From Rhizodiscina lignyota (lineage: Eukaryota): a DNA stretch of 64,000 nucleotides. The stretch is from the NCBI GenBank assembly GCA_010015805.1, contig ML978125.1:310001-374000 (forward strand). Direction: 5' to 3'. Under the pieces are notes generated by a model, which had not been told where the DNA came from, made no database searches, and worked only from the letters and a program-made list of their open reading frames with translations. A program made the position numbers and the translations under genes. Below are positions 50,815 to 62,329 of this stretch, piece by piece; the stretch's first letter is position 1; each line of letters opens with the position of its first letter.

Positions 50815-51747
50815 TCAATCGTGATCCTCCTCCGTCAAACCAGGACAGCCCTCCATGGCCCTATCCGGATATTGGTATTTGCACCAGAAGCAATAATTGT
50901 ACTGCTCCCGCAGAGCGTGGACAACCTTCTCAAGTCGCTCAGCCCGTGGCAAAGCATTAAACTCATCGAGTTCCGGATCTTCTTCATCCAGATCTTCCAA
51001 TGGATCCAAATCCTTCCCCAAGGCTTGCCTGTCATGCTCATCCTCATCTGAATCGCCATCCGTGGAATCTTTTGAAAAGAATTCACGGAGATTTCGCCGC
51101 ATCTTTGCCTCTCGCTCTTTCTCTATTTCATGCTGCACCAGTCCTCGCCAGAGAACGTTGGGGCGATGAGGGGTTTTTAACTTGGGTTTTGATGGCGGAC
51201 GCCCTTCCTCGCGTGCGAGATCCTCGGCATCGGTATCGAATCTTTGCAAGACTTTCTGCGCACCAATGAGCTCGCCCTCCAGGCGTCTCTCCTGCTCCTC
51301 CATCCGACGCCGCTCACGGTAGTCGGACTCTGTTTCCTTCACGCGCTTCGCTTCATGCTCGAACTCTTCGCGGATCTTTCGCTTCCTCTCCGAATCAAGC
51401 CCTATTCCGCCGCGACCTTCCCTCATCTCCACACTGATCGGCTCTGATCTCGCGCCCTCACTCTTGCCAAGAGTCTGCCCAGGCTTATAGCCCAGCTTTG
51501 CCATCATCTTGAAGCCCTTGTTTGAGCTGTCTATAGCTGTTGATAAAGCTGCTTCACGAGCTGCCGCCTCTTCTGCCTTCAACTCTTGCTTGGACTTGGC
51601 CCGACCTCTTTCCTCGCCCTCTCGTTTTCTTCGTGCCGCTCGTTGAACTGACGATTCTGTCTGCGTCTTTGCCGGTTCCGCGATAGCCATGGACATGTAG
51701 TCGTCCTCTTCATCATCCACCGCCGCATCCTGAGGTGAACGAGTCAT
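50815..51747 (-). CDS. G-patch domain protein (GPATCH11-like with DUF4187)
   Basis: EDDYMSM N-terminus, G-patch SNKGFKMMAKLGYKPG..LG…GRGGIG, and C-terminal LREQYNYCFWCKYQY…CPGLTEEDHD. Confidence 0.88.
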   Translation of the reverse strand: MTRSPQDAAVDDEEDDYMSMAIAEPAKTQTESSVQRAARRKREGEERGRAKSKQELKAEEAAAREAALSTAIDSSNKGFKMMAKLGYKPGQTLGKSEGARSEPISVEMREGRGGIGLDSERKRKIREEFEHEAKRVKETESDYRERRRMEEQERRLEGELIGAQKVLQRFDTDAEDLAREEGRPPSKPKLKTPHRPNVLWRGLVQHEIEKEREAKMRRNLREFFSKDSTDGDSDEDEHDRQALGKDLDPLEDLDEEDPELDEFNALPRAERLEKVVHALREQYNYCFWCKYQYPDRAMEGCPGLTEEDHD

Positions 51748-53224
51748 GTTGATGTCTGAACGCTCGCTACAGCCAGAGAGTGTGGTTGAGATTGCGGTTT
51801 TAATATCACTGGGCTTGAATTGTAGCCTCGATCTAATGTGTTGGTATGTTTATGGCAACTTCAGAAATGTAAATGATGTCAGGCAATAGTTAAATAGTAA
51901 ATCCACAATTGTCTTCATCAATGAATATTCAACCGAAGTTTAGCCTTCGCGAAAAGCATTCTTCCGAATTTCCAAGATCGCCGCGCCTTTCTACAGTGGT
52001 ACTAGCGTCCACTGAGTGCCTGCAAATCAGTTTCAAATAAATCGAAAGATTCTCTTTCACGTTCACTGCAGTCTCGAGGCTCGTCATTTTGCAGATCGAC
52101 TGCCGAGGCCACAAGCCAGCTCCGCAAGGAGTCAGCGCACCCGCACATGGTTGCGAGAAGATATTTCACAAAGACAATGGGTAACGCAGTTAAGTATGCG
52201 ACGTTTGAAGATTCTGACAGCGCAGGGGGAGCCACCATGCGCGCGATTCACAAAGGGCCCTTAGCCACAGAGAGGAAAGCCCCTGGGCGGGAGCGCCGGC
52301 GTTATCCAAAATCTGGGGAAATGAAATGGCCAACCAGAGGCCGTTCCTGGGCGAAAGTTCGCTCGCAGGCCGTATCCGGGCCTTAATGGACCAGGAAAGG
52401 GAGAAGGGTGCCAGGGTGCTCCCTTCGAAATTAAGCTCTCCCGCCCCAAGTCCCAATCGTCATTCTCAGCGCCCTTGTCCTCTTCTCACTGTGACCGAAG
52501 CTACATAGGCCTTCTGCACCGCACAGGCTGTCACGACTCGAAATTATCCGAGCGTACAGTCCAAGAAATCGTCTCGTCCAGTCCTCGCGAGTCCTTCTTT
52601 TCATATCTTGAGCACAGTCTTCTTTCAGCTGTGAATTTTTCAATAAATGTTGAGGGCGTGCATCGTGTCGCGCCCAGGGGCAAGCAACTTGATCTATCCT
52701 ACAGCAAATCATGACCTGGAATGGATCTCAATATCGTGTTTCAAAGTTCCTGGATGCAGGCAATTTGCACATGCCCGTCCAATTCCCTCGGCACGGCCAG
52801 TCTCGACCTATACCACCCTATACCAGCCTATGCTAAATTGGGTAGGTCTCAAGGATAGGATCTCGGGCACTTGCCAGCTTTGGACAGAAAATCATACTTG
52901 ATTGGCTGTGTGTAGTTTTGTTTGCTCTGTCCATTGGATCCTCGTTATGTGTAACGGACTAACGATCGCTTTCAGCACGCTCTCGGAATATACTTCTCTA
53001 ATGTCTTCTCATTGCTCCAGTGCCATTGCTCTCCGCACTTCTGCCACTTCACCTGCGTGTCATGCACAGATAGCACTGCAGTCTGCAACTGCTTCGCCGG
53101 GGTGACATGTGGTCACATCTGTGATCTTAATAACGGCTCAACGCTCCTTTCAAAGGGGCATGCTTAAGGACAGCGGGCTGCCATTAATACTTCGTTCGTT
53201 ATTACCTTGCCACTGCTCGGACAG

Positions 53225-54712
53225 ATGGACCACGAATTTGATGACCTCGAGGCGAAGCGTTCAGGTGGAATCTCCAAAATGTCGACAGGCGAGCCGAAGC
53301 CCAGCCTGGCGGAGACAATCGAGGATGCGCCGTTGACAGGAGGAGGACCATACGCAGCACGCCCGACCTTCAAGCAAAAGGTCATCAACCACTTCAAGAG
53401 ATTCTGGTGGTTGCACCTTATCGTCTTCCTCGCCGTCGGACTGCTCCTCACGTTGCTGCTGTGAGTTTTGCCTCTTTCTGGAAGAGCTCTTTCATCATCT
53501 CCCTAAAGTCTCCTCTCAACTGAGTGCTGTTGCTCGGACGACTGACAAACTTTAGGATCTTCGTTGGCTTCCCACGAATAGCGCAAAATGGCGTCAGCGA
53601 CTCCAAGCTCAATATCACATCACAAGCCGTCTCGAACCCGACACCCAAGTCCGTGGACATAGATCTGGTTTCGATAGTTAGCAGCAGCAGTTCATTTCAC
53701 CCCACTCTTGATTCATTCGACGCTGCACTTTTCCTGCCCGCAGCCGGTTCAGATCATCCATTTGGTCATCTTACGATACCTTCGCTCAAGGCGGCAAAAA
53801 ACTCCACAGTGACAGTGAACCAGACGATGCAGATCGTGGACATGGAGCAGTTCATCAACTACAACGAGCAGGTTTTGAGCAACGAGACGTATCAGGTCAC
53901 CCTCAAGGGCCGAACAGCTCTCCACGAGGGGAGATTCCCAGTAACGCATGTCAACTTTGAAAAGACGACTACTCTTAAAGGTAGATTCTCGGCTTGCTAC
54001 CTGATATGGAATGAAATGGAGTCACTAACTTGATGTAGGCTTAAATGGTCTGAAGGGCTTCAAGGTCCAGACCTTCAACATTTCCCTTGAGCCTTTGTCT
54101 GACGGCTCCAACATACAAGGCTCGGTCTTCATTCCAAACCCTTCAGTCCTCACCATCACCATGGGCAACGTCACGCTCAACCTTGCTGTCGACAAGACTC
54201 CAATCGGCACTTCGACAATCCAGAACGTGGTCCTCAAGCCGGGTGACAATGTTCTCCCCATGCGTGGCATAAGCGACCAGGCCGCCGTGCTCAACCTCAT
54301 CACGTCAAAGTACAAGGATGGAATCCTGCCGGTCAACATAACTGGCAACTCCTCGGTATACAATGGCCAGCATCTCCCTTACTATGAGGCTGCGCTACAG
54401 AGCAATGTCATGAACACGCAGCTCGATGTTGGCAAGGCTCTTGCTCAGATCGGAATCAACATCTCGTCTCTCACCGGCGGAACAGGAGGTTCAAGCGACA
54501 GTCAACCGTCGTCTGCTGCGGCGTCTTCCTCTGCCGGATCGAGCTCGTCGTCTCCTCCATCGAGTTCCGCGGCGCCTGCGTCCGGTAGTTCAGCTTCTTC
54601 TTCATCCGCCTTGTTACCAGCGGACACCAGTGGTGCGGCCCTGCCTGGCTTCGCTACGTCGACGAACAGTGGCCTTCGTGTGCGCGAGACGCCAGCGGCA
54701 ATTGTGCTGTAG
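53225..54712 (+). CDS. DUF3712-type single-pass membrane protein, 3 exons
   Basis: HFKRFWWLHLIVF TM segment, P.IAQ..V, FHPTLDSF, KTTTLKG|LNGLKGF, IPNPSVLTITMGNVT, GNSSVYNGQHLPYYE.AL and a Ser-rich tail. The start position is uncertain. Confidence 0.75.
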
Positions 54713-55592
54713 CTTGAGGCCTTTTTTTCGTGCAATTGCTCCAATCGCACAAGTCGAGCTGGGAAAAGTTGTCGAAAGTGGTCGTCTGGGGCAAAATAGC
54801 CGAATTGATGTCATTTCAATGCATTGCAATCTCACTAGCTTGCTGGATTACCAAGACTTGAGGCACCTCGGCGATATAAACACCGCGATGTTCCGGATTA
54901 GCTGATGTCCACTTTCCCTGGCTTGGCAAGTGAGATTGGCAAGGAATTTGATGAAACTGTCCGGGGCATGTGGTTGTATGTTTGTGTGTATGATGCGAAA
55001 AGGGAATTTCTCGATAGGGTATTGGGTATGACTTTTCTTTCAGACATACCTTGTGGTATGCGTGCGAATCTGATGTTTCATTCACGTCGCTCTCTTGACT
55101 TGCTGCACTCCAAAATCAGACGTGTGTATAGCTTCTGAGGCATGGCCGACGATTGATCTCATGAATAAAAGTACGATATTGTGGAGCAACTGGACGTTCT
55201 TCTCGCGCGATCATATGGAGTGCTGACCGCCGCGATCAACTGAACGCATGAGGATGGCGCAACAGCAGGCGGGTCAGTGCGGCCGTTCCCCATCCGAGCG
55301 AGACTGCCCTTTACCAAATAGATGGTGTCTCTCGATCCGAACCGCAAAGCGCATTGCATAGAGCTGCCTCTCGGATGCACTTTGCTTGCGACCCAGCCTC
55401 GAGCCGAAGCCGAAGTGCTTACCATTATGGCTGCAAGCTTCGGCGGCCCAATCATGGGCGCTGCGTTGGTGCTGCAGGCCCATGCAAGCGCTGGCCAGCT
55501 CGCCGCTTCTTGCCCTCAGGAACGGCCGATTTCCCCAAACCCTGCAGCTGCGACGCTCTTGGGACTGCAAGCTTGAATGCTCGAACGTGGCG

Positions 55593-55998
55593 TGACTAAG
55601 CCGAGAACACACTATTCGCTGCCGTTTGCGGAATGGGGAATGGCTGCCCTGACGTGCGCGGCGATCCTCAGGAAATCCGCCAACATCAGCTCATGGGAGC
55701 CGGCTGCGAGAGTAACTTGCACAGTCGTGTTTTTTCAACGGTCGATCTCGCACAGCTTTGCAATTGCGCGGTGGAATGCAAGCTGAAATGCGTCCGCGGG
55801 CACTAATTGAAAGGCGTGCACGCCGTGGGACCGGGCATGGTCACTGCGGCGCTGGCGTTGGTTGATTTCCAATGCTTACCGATGACTTATTAGATATCTT
55901 GCTGGTGTTTTGTGACGGCAACCCGAGCAACGCAACCATCACCCCCCCCAACACCGACCTGCGGAAATCTGCCGAAGCTGCTGCTGCTTTCTTAGTAA
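55593..55998. promoter_or_regulatory. Yap1/AP-1 response elements upstream of the quinone reductase
   Basis: TTAGTAA (= TTACTAA) at 55992-55998 and TGACTAA at 55593-55599. Flavodoxin-like quinone reductases are oxidative-stress genes. Confidence 0.5.
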
Positions 55999-56138
55999 AC
56001 CTCAGGAGAACCTTGTACCACCAAGAGTAATTTAAAGCTGAAGCTGCCCCCGCTTCCGCTTCAATTGACCTTGTTCTGCTCACCAAGCCACTCAACACCA
56101 CACAACCTCACCCAAGAGACAACGCAAAACTCGACAAA

Positions 56139-57064
56139 ATGGCTCCAAAGATCGCCATCGTCTACGTAAGTCTTCTCTCCAGCTTCGACAGTGGTCAATT
56201 GCAAAGCGGCAGCTCGCCAGCCTGCAATTGGCCGCTCTCAGCCCACTTTCGCGAGAGCGAGTCCGACCGTGCTCCGGCACCGCAATCGTGTCCACAACAG
56301 TTTCTGACTTGAAATTCATCATAGTATTCCATGTACGGCCACATCGCCAAGCTTGCCGAGGCCGAGAAGAAGGGCATCGAGGCTGCCGGTGGTACCGCTG
56401 ACCTCTTCCAGTGCGTTTCCCCCACCCGGCACATACACGAGCCCCTCCACACCGAGCCAATTCACCACCGGAAACAAGCTGACAAATACTTCAAAACAGA
56501 ATCGAGGAGACCCTCCCTCAAGAGGTGCTCGACAAGATGCACGCCCCGCCCAAGTCGGGCGTGACCATCCTCAGCGACCCCACCACGCTCGAGTCCTACG
56601 ACGGCTTCCTCTTCGGCATCCCGACGCGTTACGGCAACATGCCGGCGCAGTGGAAGACCTTCTGGGACAAGACGGGCGGCCAGTGGCAGACGGGCGCCTT
56701 CTGGGGCAAGTACGCGGGCGTCTTCGTGTCGACCGCCTCGCTCGGTGGTGGCCAGGAGAGCACCGTCCTCGCCACCATGTCTACCCTGACCCACCACGGC
56801 CTCATCTACGTCCCGCTCGGCTACAAGACGACGTTCGGCCTGATGGTCGACCTGTCCGCGGCTAGGGGTGGTTCGCCTTGGGGCGCTGGTACCTTCGCTG
56901 TACGTCCTCAATTGATTCCTAAACATTGAGAGAGAAAATCATACTAACCAAAGGTGGAACAGGGCCCAACCGGCGCGCGCCAGCCATCCGACGCAGAGCT
57001 CCAGATCGCCGAGGAACAGGGCAAGGCCTTCTACAGCCACCTCTCCAAGGTCAACTTCGCCTGA
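56139..57064 (+). CDS. PST2: Flavodoxin-like NAD(P)H:quinone oxidoreductase (WrbA/Pst2/Ycp4 family), 4 exons
   Basis: MAPKIAIVY|YSMYGHI…, GIPTRYGN, FWDKTGGQW, STASLGGGQEST and GGSPWGAGTFA|GPTGARQPS…QGKAF…KVNFA, then TGA at 57062-57064. Codon bias is very strong. Confidence 0.93.
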
Positions 57065-57265
57065 CTGCATGGTAGTGGCCAGGAGGCCACGACGAAAGGG
57101 GATGGTGAGGCAAAGGGCACACAGCAACAAGCAAAAACATCTACAACACCAGGCACATCTCAGCCAGCAGCTCAGCAGACGACGACCACCCGCGTTCCGG
57201 AACAGAAGGAAGGCGATGACAAGGAGGGTCCGTGCGGTCTGCCTGCCAAGTGCTCGATATTATAA
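57065..57265 (+). other. Cryptic in-frame C-terminal extension ending in CaaX (CSIL); candidate readthrough segment
   Basis: After TGA CTG there are 66 sense codons, LHGSGQEATTKGDGEAKGTQQQAKTSTTPGTSQPAAQQTTTTRVPEQKEGDDKEGPCGLPAKCSIL, then TAA at 57263-57265. Confidence 0.7.
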
Positions 57266-58028
57266 TCACGAGAACACACTGAGCTGAAAAAAAAGACCAT
57301 GATGATAATTGCTTGTTTTTGATTAAAGTGCATCCTTTGTTTATACCTTTTCGTTGAGCCGCCTGATACCATGGGAGCTATAGTGGGGGGAGGGGGTAGA
57401 CTTGCATTTGCATAAGCGGGGATGTGTGCAACGAGCACGGGAGAGAAGAGATACCGTACATGAGTAATGGGGGGTATGCGTTGCTATGTGTTATCGCAGA
57501 ATGCAGACACCTTAAAGGGGTAGTAGCTAGTTCCGCTTGTAGAACTGACCTAAATCCAATCATATTCACCAGACTTGCATGAAAGAAGTAACTAGTGCTG
57601 CATGTGGTGAATGCATGAGTTGTCCATTCGCAGTATTTGCAGCTGCTGCTATGTATTACATTGAAAACGAACGCCAGTGCAAGTAACAAAACGTATTCAA
57701 TGCTGAGAAACAAGACAAGATCCCCACGCACGCTATGCTATGATGCTTGCCAATAGTCGACCAGAGCAAGGCCATCGAAAGCCAGGAGGGCTGAGGCCAA
57801 AAAGCATCTCTTGCCCATATACCTTGCAACGCCGACGCTAGCATAGACGCTTGAACCAAAGCTTTTTAAACCATTTTCGAAAACATTTCGTGACAGACGT
57901 TTGTGACGCGTGAGATGATGAACCGCCAGAAGGAAATCGAATCAACGCCGAGCCAAGAGTGGGAGAGTGCAATATCAAAGGTCCAGCCTAGCGTCATACT
58001 TCATTAATCGTTAATAACCCGAGCCTCT

Positions 58029-59543
58029 TCATTCCTCAAGCTTGAACCACCCTGCACCAACGCCTCTAAGGAACTCTTCCTCATTAAGCTGCTCGAATGC
58101 CTCTTCCTCTTCCTCCAGCTCTTTTCCATACAATCCGGTGCTTCCATACGGACCCTTCCTGCTTGGTGCCCGCTCGTTTGGCCACTGTCCGCCGGATGGA
58201 AGATATGTCGTGTTAAACACGCCGTGGACAGACGAAAATCCAGGCTCGAATATGAGGTCCGCGAAGAACAGTTCGATGTACAGCTCTGCAGGGCGGATAG
58301 ACTTTGCGTGCGAGGTGATGAGGCCACGAGCTGTGGAGAGGACGGAGCGCAGTCCTGCCTCCGAAGCCTCCCGGGAATACTTGACGGGCAGATTGCAGAG
58401 ATGCGCAGCACGGACCTGGCAGTCGCCGTACCAGTGGACGTTCGGGTTGGAGAAAAGTGAAGCGCACATTGAAGGGACCGAGATGGAAAGACTCTCCAGC
58501 TTCGGGCAAGACGCGAGAATGTCGCAGATGTGATGCTCCGAAGACGGGAGGTAACCTGGATGTGGATGGAAGAAGCCGTCCTGCGATCGCGGAGAGTGGT
58601 CGAGAACACGGAGAGTTTGCTGCGACGCCTCGACGATCGCCATGACACCCTGGATGGAGATGGTCGACAGGCATGTGATGTGGAACTCTTCGAGGTTTGT
58701 CGCGGTCCGAGCGATGGCAAGCAGGTCGGCGTCGGTGACTGGGAGAGTCGCGCTGTCGCCGATGAGCTTGAGCCGGCGAAGGGTGCTGAAGTCCACGGTG
58801 GCGAGTGGGTGCAGGTTCATGAAGTTCTTGCGATCCTCTCGCTGCTTGTCGTTGAGGTCGACAGCCTGCAATTCGAGCGAGTGGAGCTGATTTCCCGTCG
58901 TGCTGACGAGAAGTCGCTGAAGATCAGATGCAGGCAATCGGCGGATCACAGTGGACGGCAAGCTGGCGTAGCGAAGATTTGTGCAGCTGCGGATGATTGA
59001 ACTAATATCCGCATCAGTATCCACAGTGTGGAAGCCATTGAGCCAGAGTCGTCGGATGTTAGTGGCGACGTTGGGATATTTACGAAGAAAGGCGGCAGTC
59101 TTGCGGAGCCCGACGAACGGGTCTCTGTAGACGTATGCGCCAGTTCTGTCCTCAGCAATCTCGTAGAGCCTGTACTGGCTCTGCTTCTGAGGCAGGTTTG
59201 CCCATCTTTCGCCGCCTCGCCACCTCCTGAGGTAGAGGTTCTTGAGCGAGTAGCCCAGCGCCCAGTCGTGCCAGTATGCACACACTTGGCGGAGTGGCGT
59301 CGCAGCATCCCATCGCACCACATCCTGAACACTGTGTTAGTGATAGTCTTCATCAAGCATCACCAAAATACATACTGGAGTGAGCATGCCATTGACGTAT
59401 TTCTGAGTTTTGGCCTTCTGAGGGAAAGGCATGGGCGCCTGGCTCAGGCCGTATGTGAAGGAAACGCCATCCTCCTTGTTGAGGACGGCGGCCTCTTCCA
59501 AAATGTTATCGAGAATTTCACGTGGGAGGTCGTTGATGATCAT
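58029..59543 (-). CDS. F-box-like / RNI-like leucine-rich conserved fungal protein, 2 exons
   Basis: F-box-like start MIINDLPREILDNIL, intron at ~59328-59376, then LRQVC..W.DWAL and LRR-like segments (IRRLWL, CTNLRY, TNLEEFH, CPKLESLSI). Confidence 0.75.
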
Positions 59544-61199
59544 GCCTTTGATGAAAAGTCGGTGTTGGTACGAGCAGACAAAGAGATGTGGAAGAGAAGT
59601 CAAGTGTGAAAGAGTTGAGGTGCCTTTAAAAGATTCCTTCGAAAATTCTGAACGGTGTGGCCACTTTAATGAGCTATGACGGGATGACGAAATGTGGCCG
59701 ATGGTGGGCGGGCCAGTGACTTATATCTGATTTTCAGTTTTGTCGCCATTAGTGATAAATTGTCACGATGCGGCGAGGGCGTTGTTGTGCCCGGTGATGC
59801 TTCACTGTTAGTCATTGCCAGCCTGCTCCGAGCCTTCCCAAGGCACGCAGCTCAACAGCGCGTGCGATGGCGATTGGAAAGCCATCACGCCGAGCTGCAG
59901 AGCAATTGTGTCATTACCACTTGGCTACGACTGCCTGCCTCGCTTGCAACGGTCGGAGGTGAAAAGTCTGAGCAGGTTCGTTGCGTTAGGGACGGATTTA
60001 GCAATCGAGGGGGTAATAAAAATCGCTGGAAGACAAATCGAAACTCGCAGGTCACGTTGCACCTGCGCACCTGACGCGACGCGCGCCCAGCAGAGGCCTT
60101 GTTCGCTGCCGTTCTTCCTACCACCATCGAATGGACAACGCCTCAATGCGCTGCGGCTACTAACGGCCCCTCTCCATCTCCGCTGTTCTTTTTACTCTAA
60201 ATTGCCTGAGAACGCGGGGAAAGCTCTACGTTGCAGCACCAGTCCCTGATGTAGTGAGACGCTGAACGTGTCTGTCTGCGAGGGGCAGCTTCCTTTGAGA
60301 CGGCAGCGTGGTACATGTTACCACATAATCTTGGCCATCGACTACCATCTCCGAGGAACTGGCCGCCGAATGCCATGAACAAAGAAACAAAGCTTCGTCC
60401 AGACGAATAAATTACAGACGACATTGAAAGTGTGCAATGAAGCGTCAGAGGCCGATTGGGCGAATAGGAAGCGCCAGAAAGGGCCGAGCAGCGTCATGCG
60501 TCCTGCGCAGGAGACCAGCTTGTGGCAACGCATCGTCTCCTCGGCGCGGCTCCCGAACGACTGGATCGATAATCAGCCTCTAAGCGTCCGGGCATCTCGT
60601 AGAACGTTAAATAATGCCGAGAAAAAACCAGAAAAATTTTAAACAATCCTTGTGACTCGTGGCCGTTCTTCGGCTTGCGGCTGGTTCTGGACGGTCAACT
60701 CCGACTGGCGGACTGATGTGGCAACCAGCCAAACACTACGGAGTACTGACGACAGAAGGTGAAGACGCCAGCTTGGCAATAAAGTAAAGTTAAGTTCTGA
60801 TGGTGGTGAGAACTTTATCTCCTCTTCGACATTTTGTTGGACGTCCCGGCACGGTCCGCGCAGATTGGGCGAGAAACCAGCTCCCCTGTCGATGAGGCTG
60901 GGAGAGCACCAGCCATCGAGACTCGCCATCTCCAGCCCTTGTTGTTCACCACCACACACCTTGGCGATGGCTAAGTTACCGCGCTACAGTTGAGTTTCAT
61001 GTACTACGATGCCAATGTAGAAGGCTAGGTGGCTTTCAACCTCTCATTTGTTGCATACGAGCAGTTAATTTCGGCGACTTCAAAAATGACAGCGTTCTCT
61101 CGTTTCTCCCTTCTGGCCATTCGTTCTTTCAAGTCAAGACAATAACATCAAATTAAAATCTACGTCAGATACATCCACTAATTCTTAATCTCATACATC

Positions 61200-62037
61200 A
61201 TGCGCACCTCTACCACAGCCTTGACAGTCCTCTCGCTATCGTTAGCAGCCTACGCCCAATCTGATGCGGAACTCGAATCATCACTACCACTATGCGCAGT
61301 ACGTCTACGATCTCTCAGCACTCTGTACCATGCCAATTATTTGAAGCTAACTCCAATGCCAGGCAACATGCGCAGGAACCGCTGCCACAATGAACGGATG
61401 CGGAATCCAAGACTTCGCTTGCACGTGCGCAGCGTATGGTCCGATGAAAATGTACGTCGCACCGTGTCTCGCGAGCACATCGACCTGTACCGGCGAGCAA
61501 ATAAACAACATGTTCGCGACCATCGACCAAATCTGCTCCAATTACTTCCCACTCTCCTGGAATAATGCGCCGCCCACGGATCCTGCTCAACCAGTCGCTC
61601 CCATTGAGCCTTCAGCGCCGGCAGTACCATCAGATCCCGCTGTTCCCTCAGTACCTACAGATCCAGCCGTGCCTTTAACTCCCACCGTCCCCTCAGATCC
61701 AGCAGCGCCGTCAGTAGCATCGGACCTCGCAGTTCCTTCAGATCCAGCAGCGACTCCGGACCCAGCCATACCTTCAGCACCAGCAGTGCCATCTTCGCCC
61801 GCTGTCCCATCAGCACCAGTTGTTGCACGAGGCATGAAGGCGAGAGGCTACGCAAATCCTTCCACGCTCGCCTCTTCATATCCCACTGGAGTCCTTCCCA
61901 CCGGCTCTGGCGGTGTGCCAATACCAACATCTACGTCTGTCGCACCCATGTTTGAGGGTGCAGCCGGAAGAACGACATTTGGAATGGGAGCTGCAGCGTC
62001 TGCAGCTTTATTAGCACTGTTTTGGGGTTTCGCATAA
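61200..62037 (+). CDS. Secreted CFEM-domain, GPI-anchored cell-surface protein, 2 exons
   Basis: Signal peptide, then an 8-Cys CFEM domain LPLCA|ATC…CGIQDFACTC…PCL…C…IC, a Pro-rich stalk, an omega-site region FEGAAG and a hydrophobic tail. Confidence 0.85.
61570..61820 (+). repeat. Coding tandem repeat (~18 bp, PSDPAV units) in the CFEM stalk
   Basis: Imperfect repeats P(S/T)(D/A/S)PA(V/A/I) recur more than 10 times. Confidence 0.7.
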
Positions 62038-62329
62038 GTTCTGGCACTGTTTTAAAATGTTCTGCATGTACGATTCTTGTTATTTCCGGGATGACATGTT
62101 GTAATGGCTGTACGAAAGGTTGGGAGGAAGCATGCAGATTACGCATGTATGATAGATAGAATTGGCGTTCACCGACACGGTTTTCATGGGATGCCATAGA
62201 GCAGGTTCTGGGTGGGCTTCGGGGAACGAGGATATGAGCCCTTGATTTCTTCTTTTTGTGCTCTCTTCGATAGAGTACCAGCCCAATGCCATGCAGGGGC
62301 TAATTTAACATGAACAATCTATCCATCGT

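Noticed and set aside
57050..57082. Alternative-splicing explanation for the CaaX extension (GTCAAC donor, CTGAC branch, CAG acceptor, in frame)
   Set aside because: The intron would be only 33 nt with a poor donor and the branch point 11 nt from the donor, which is below normal fungal intron size. I consider it less likely than readthrough, but it is not excluded without RNA-seq.
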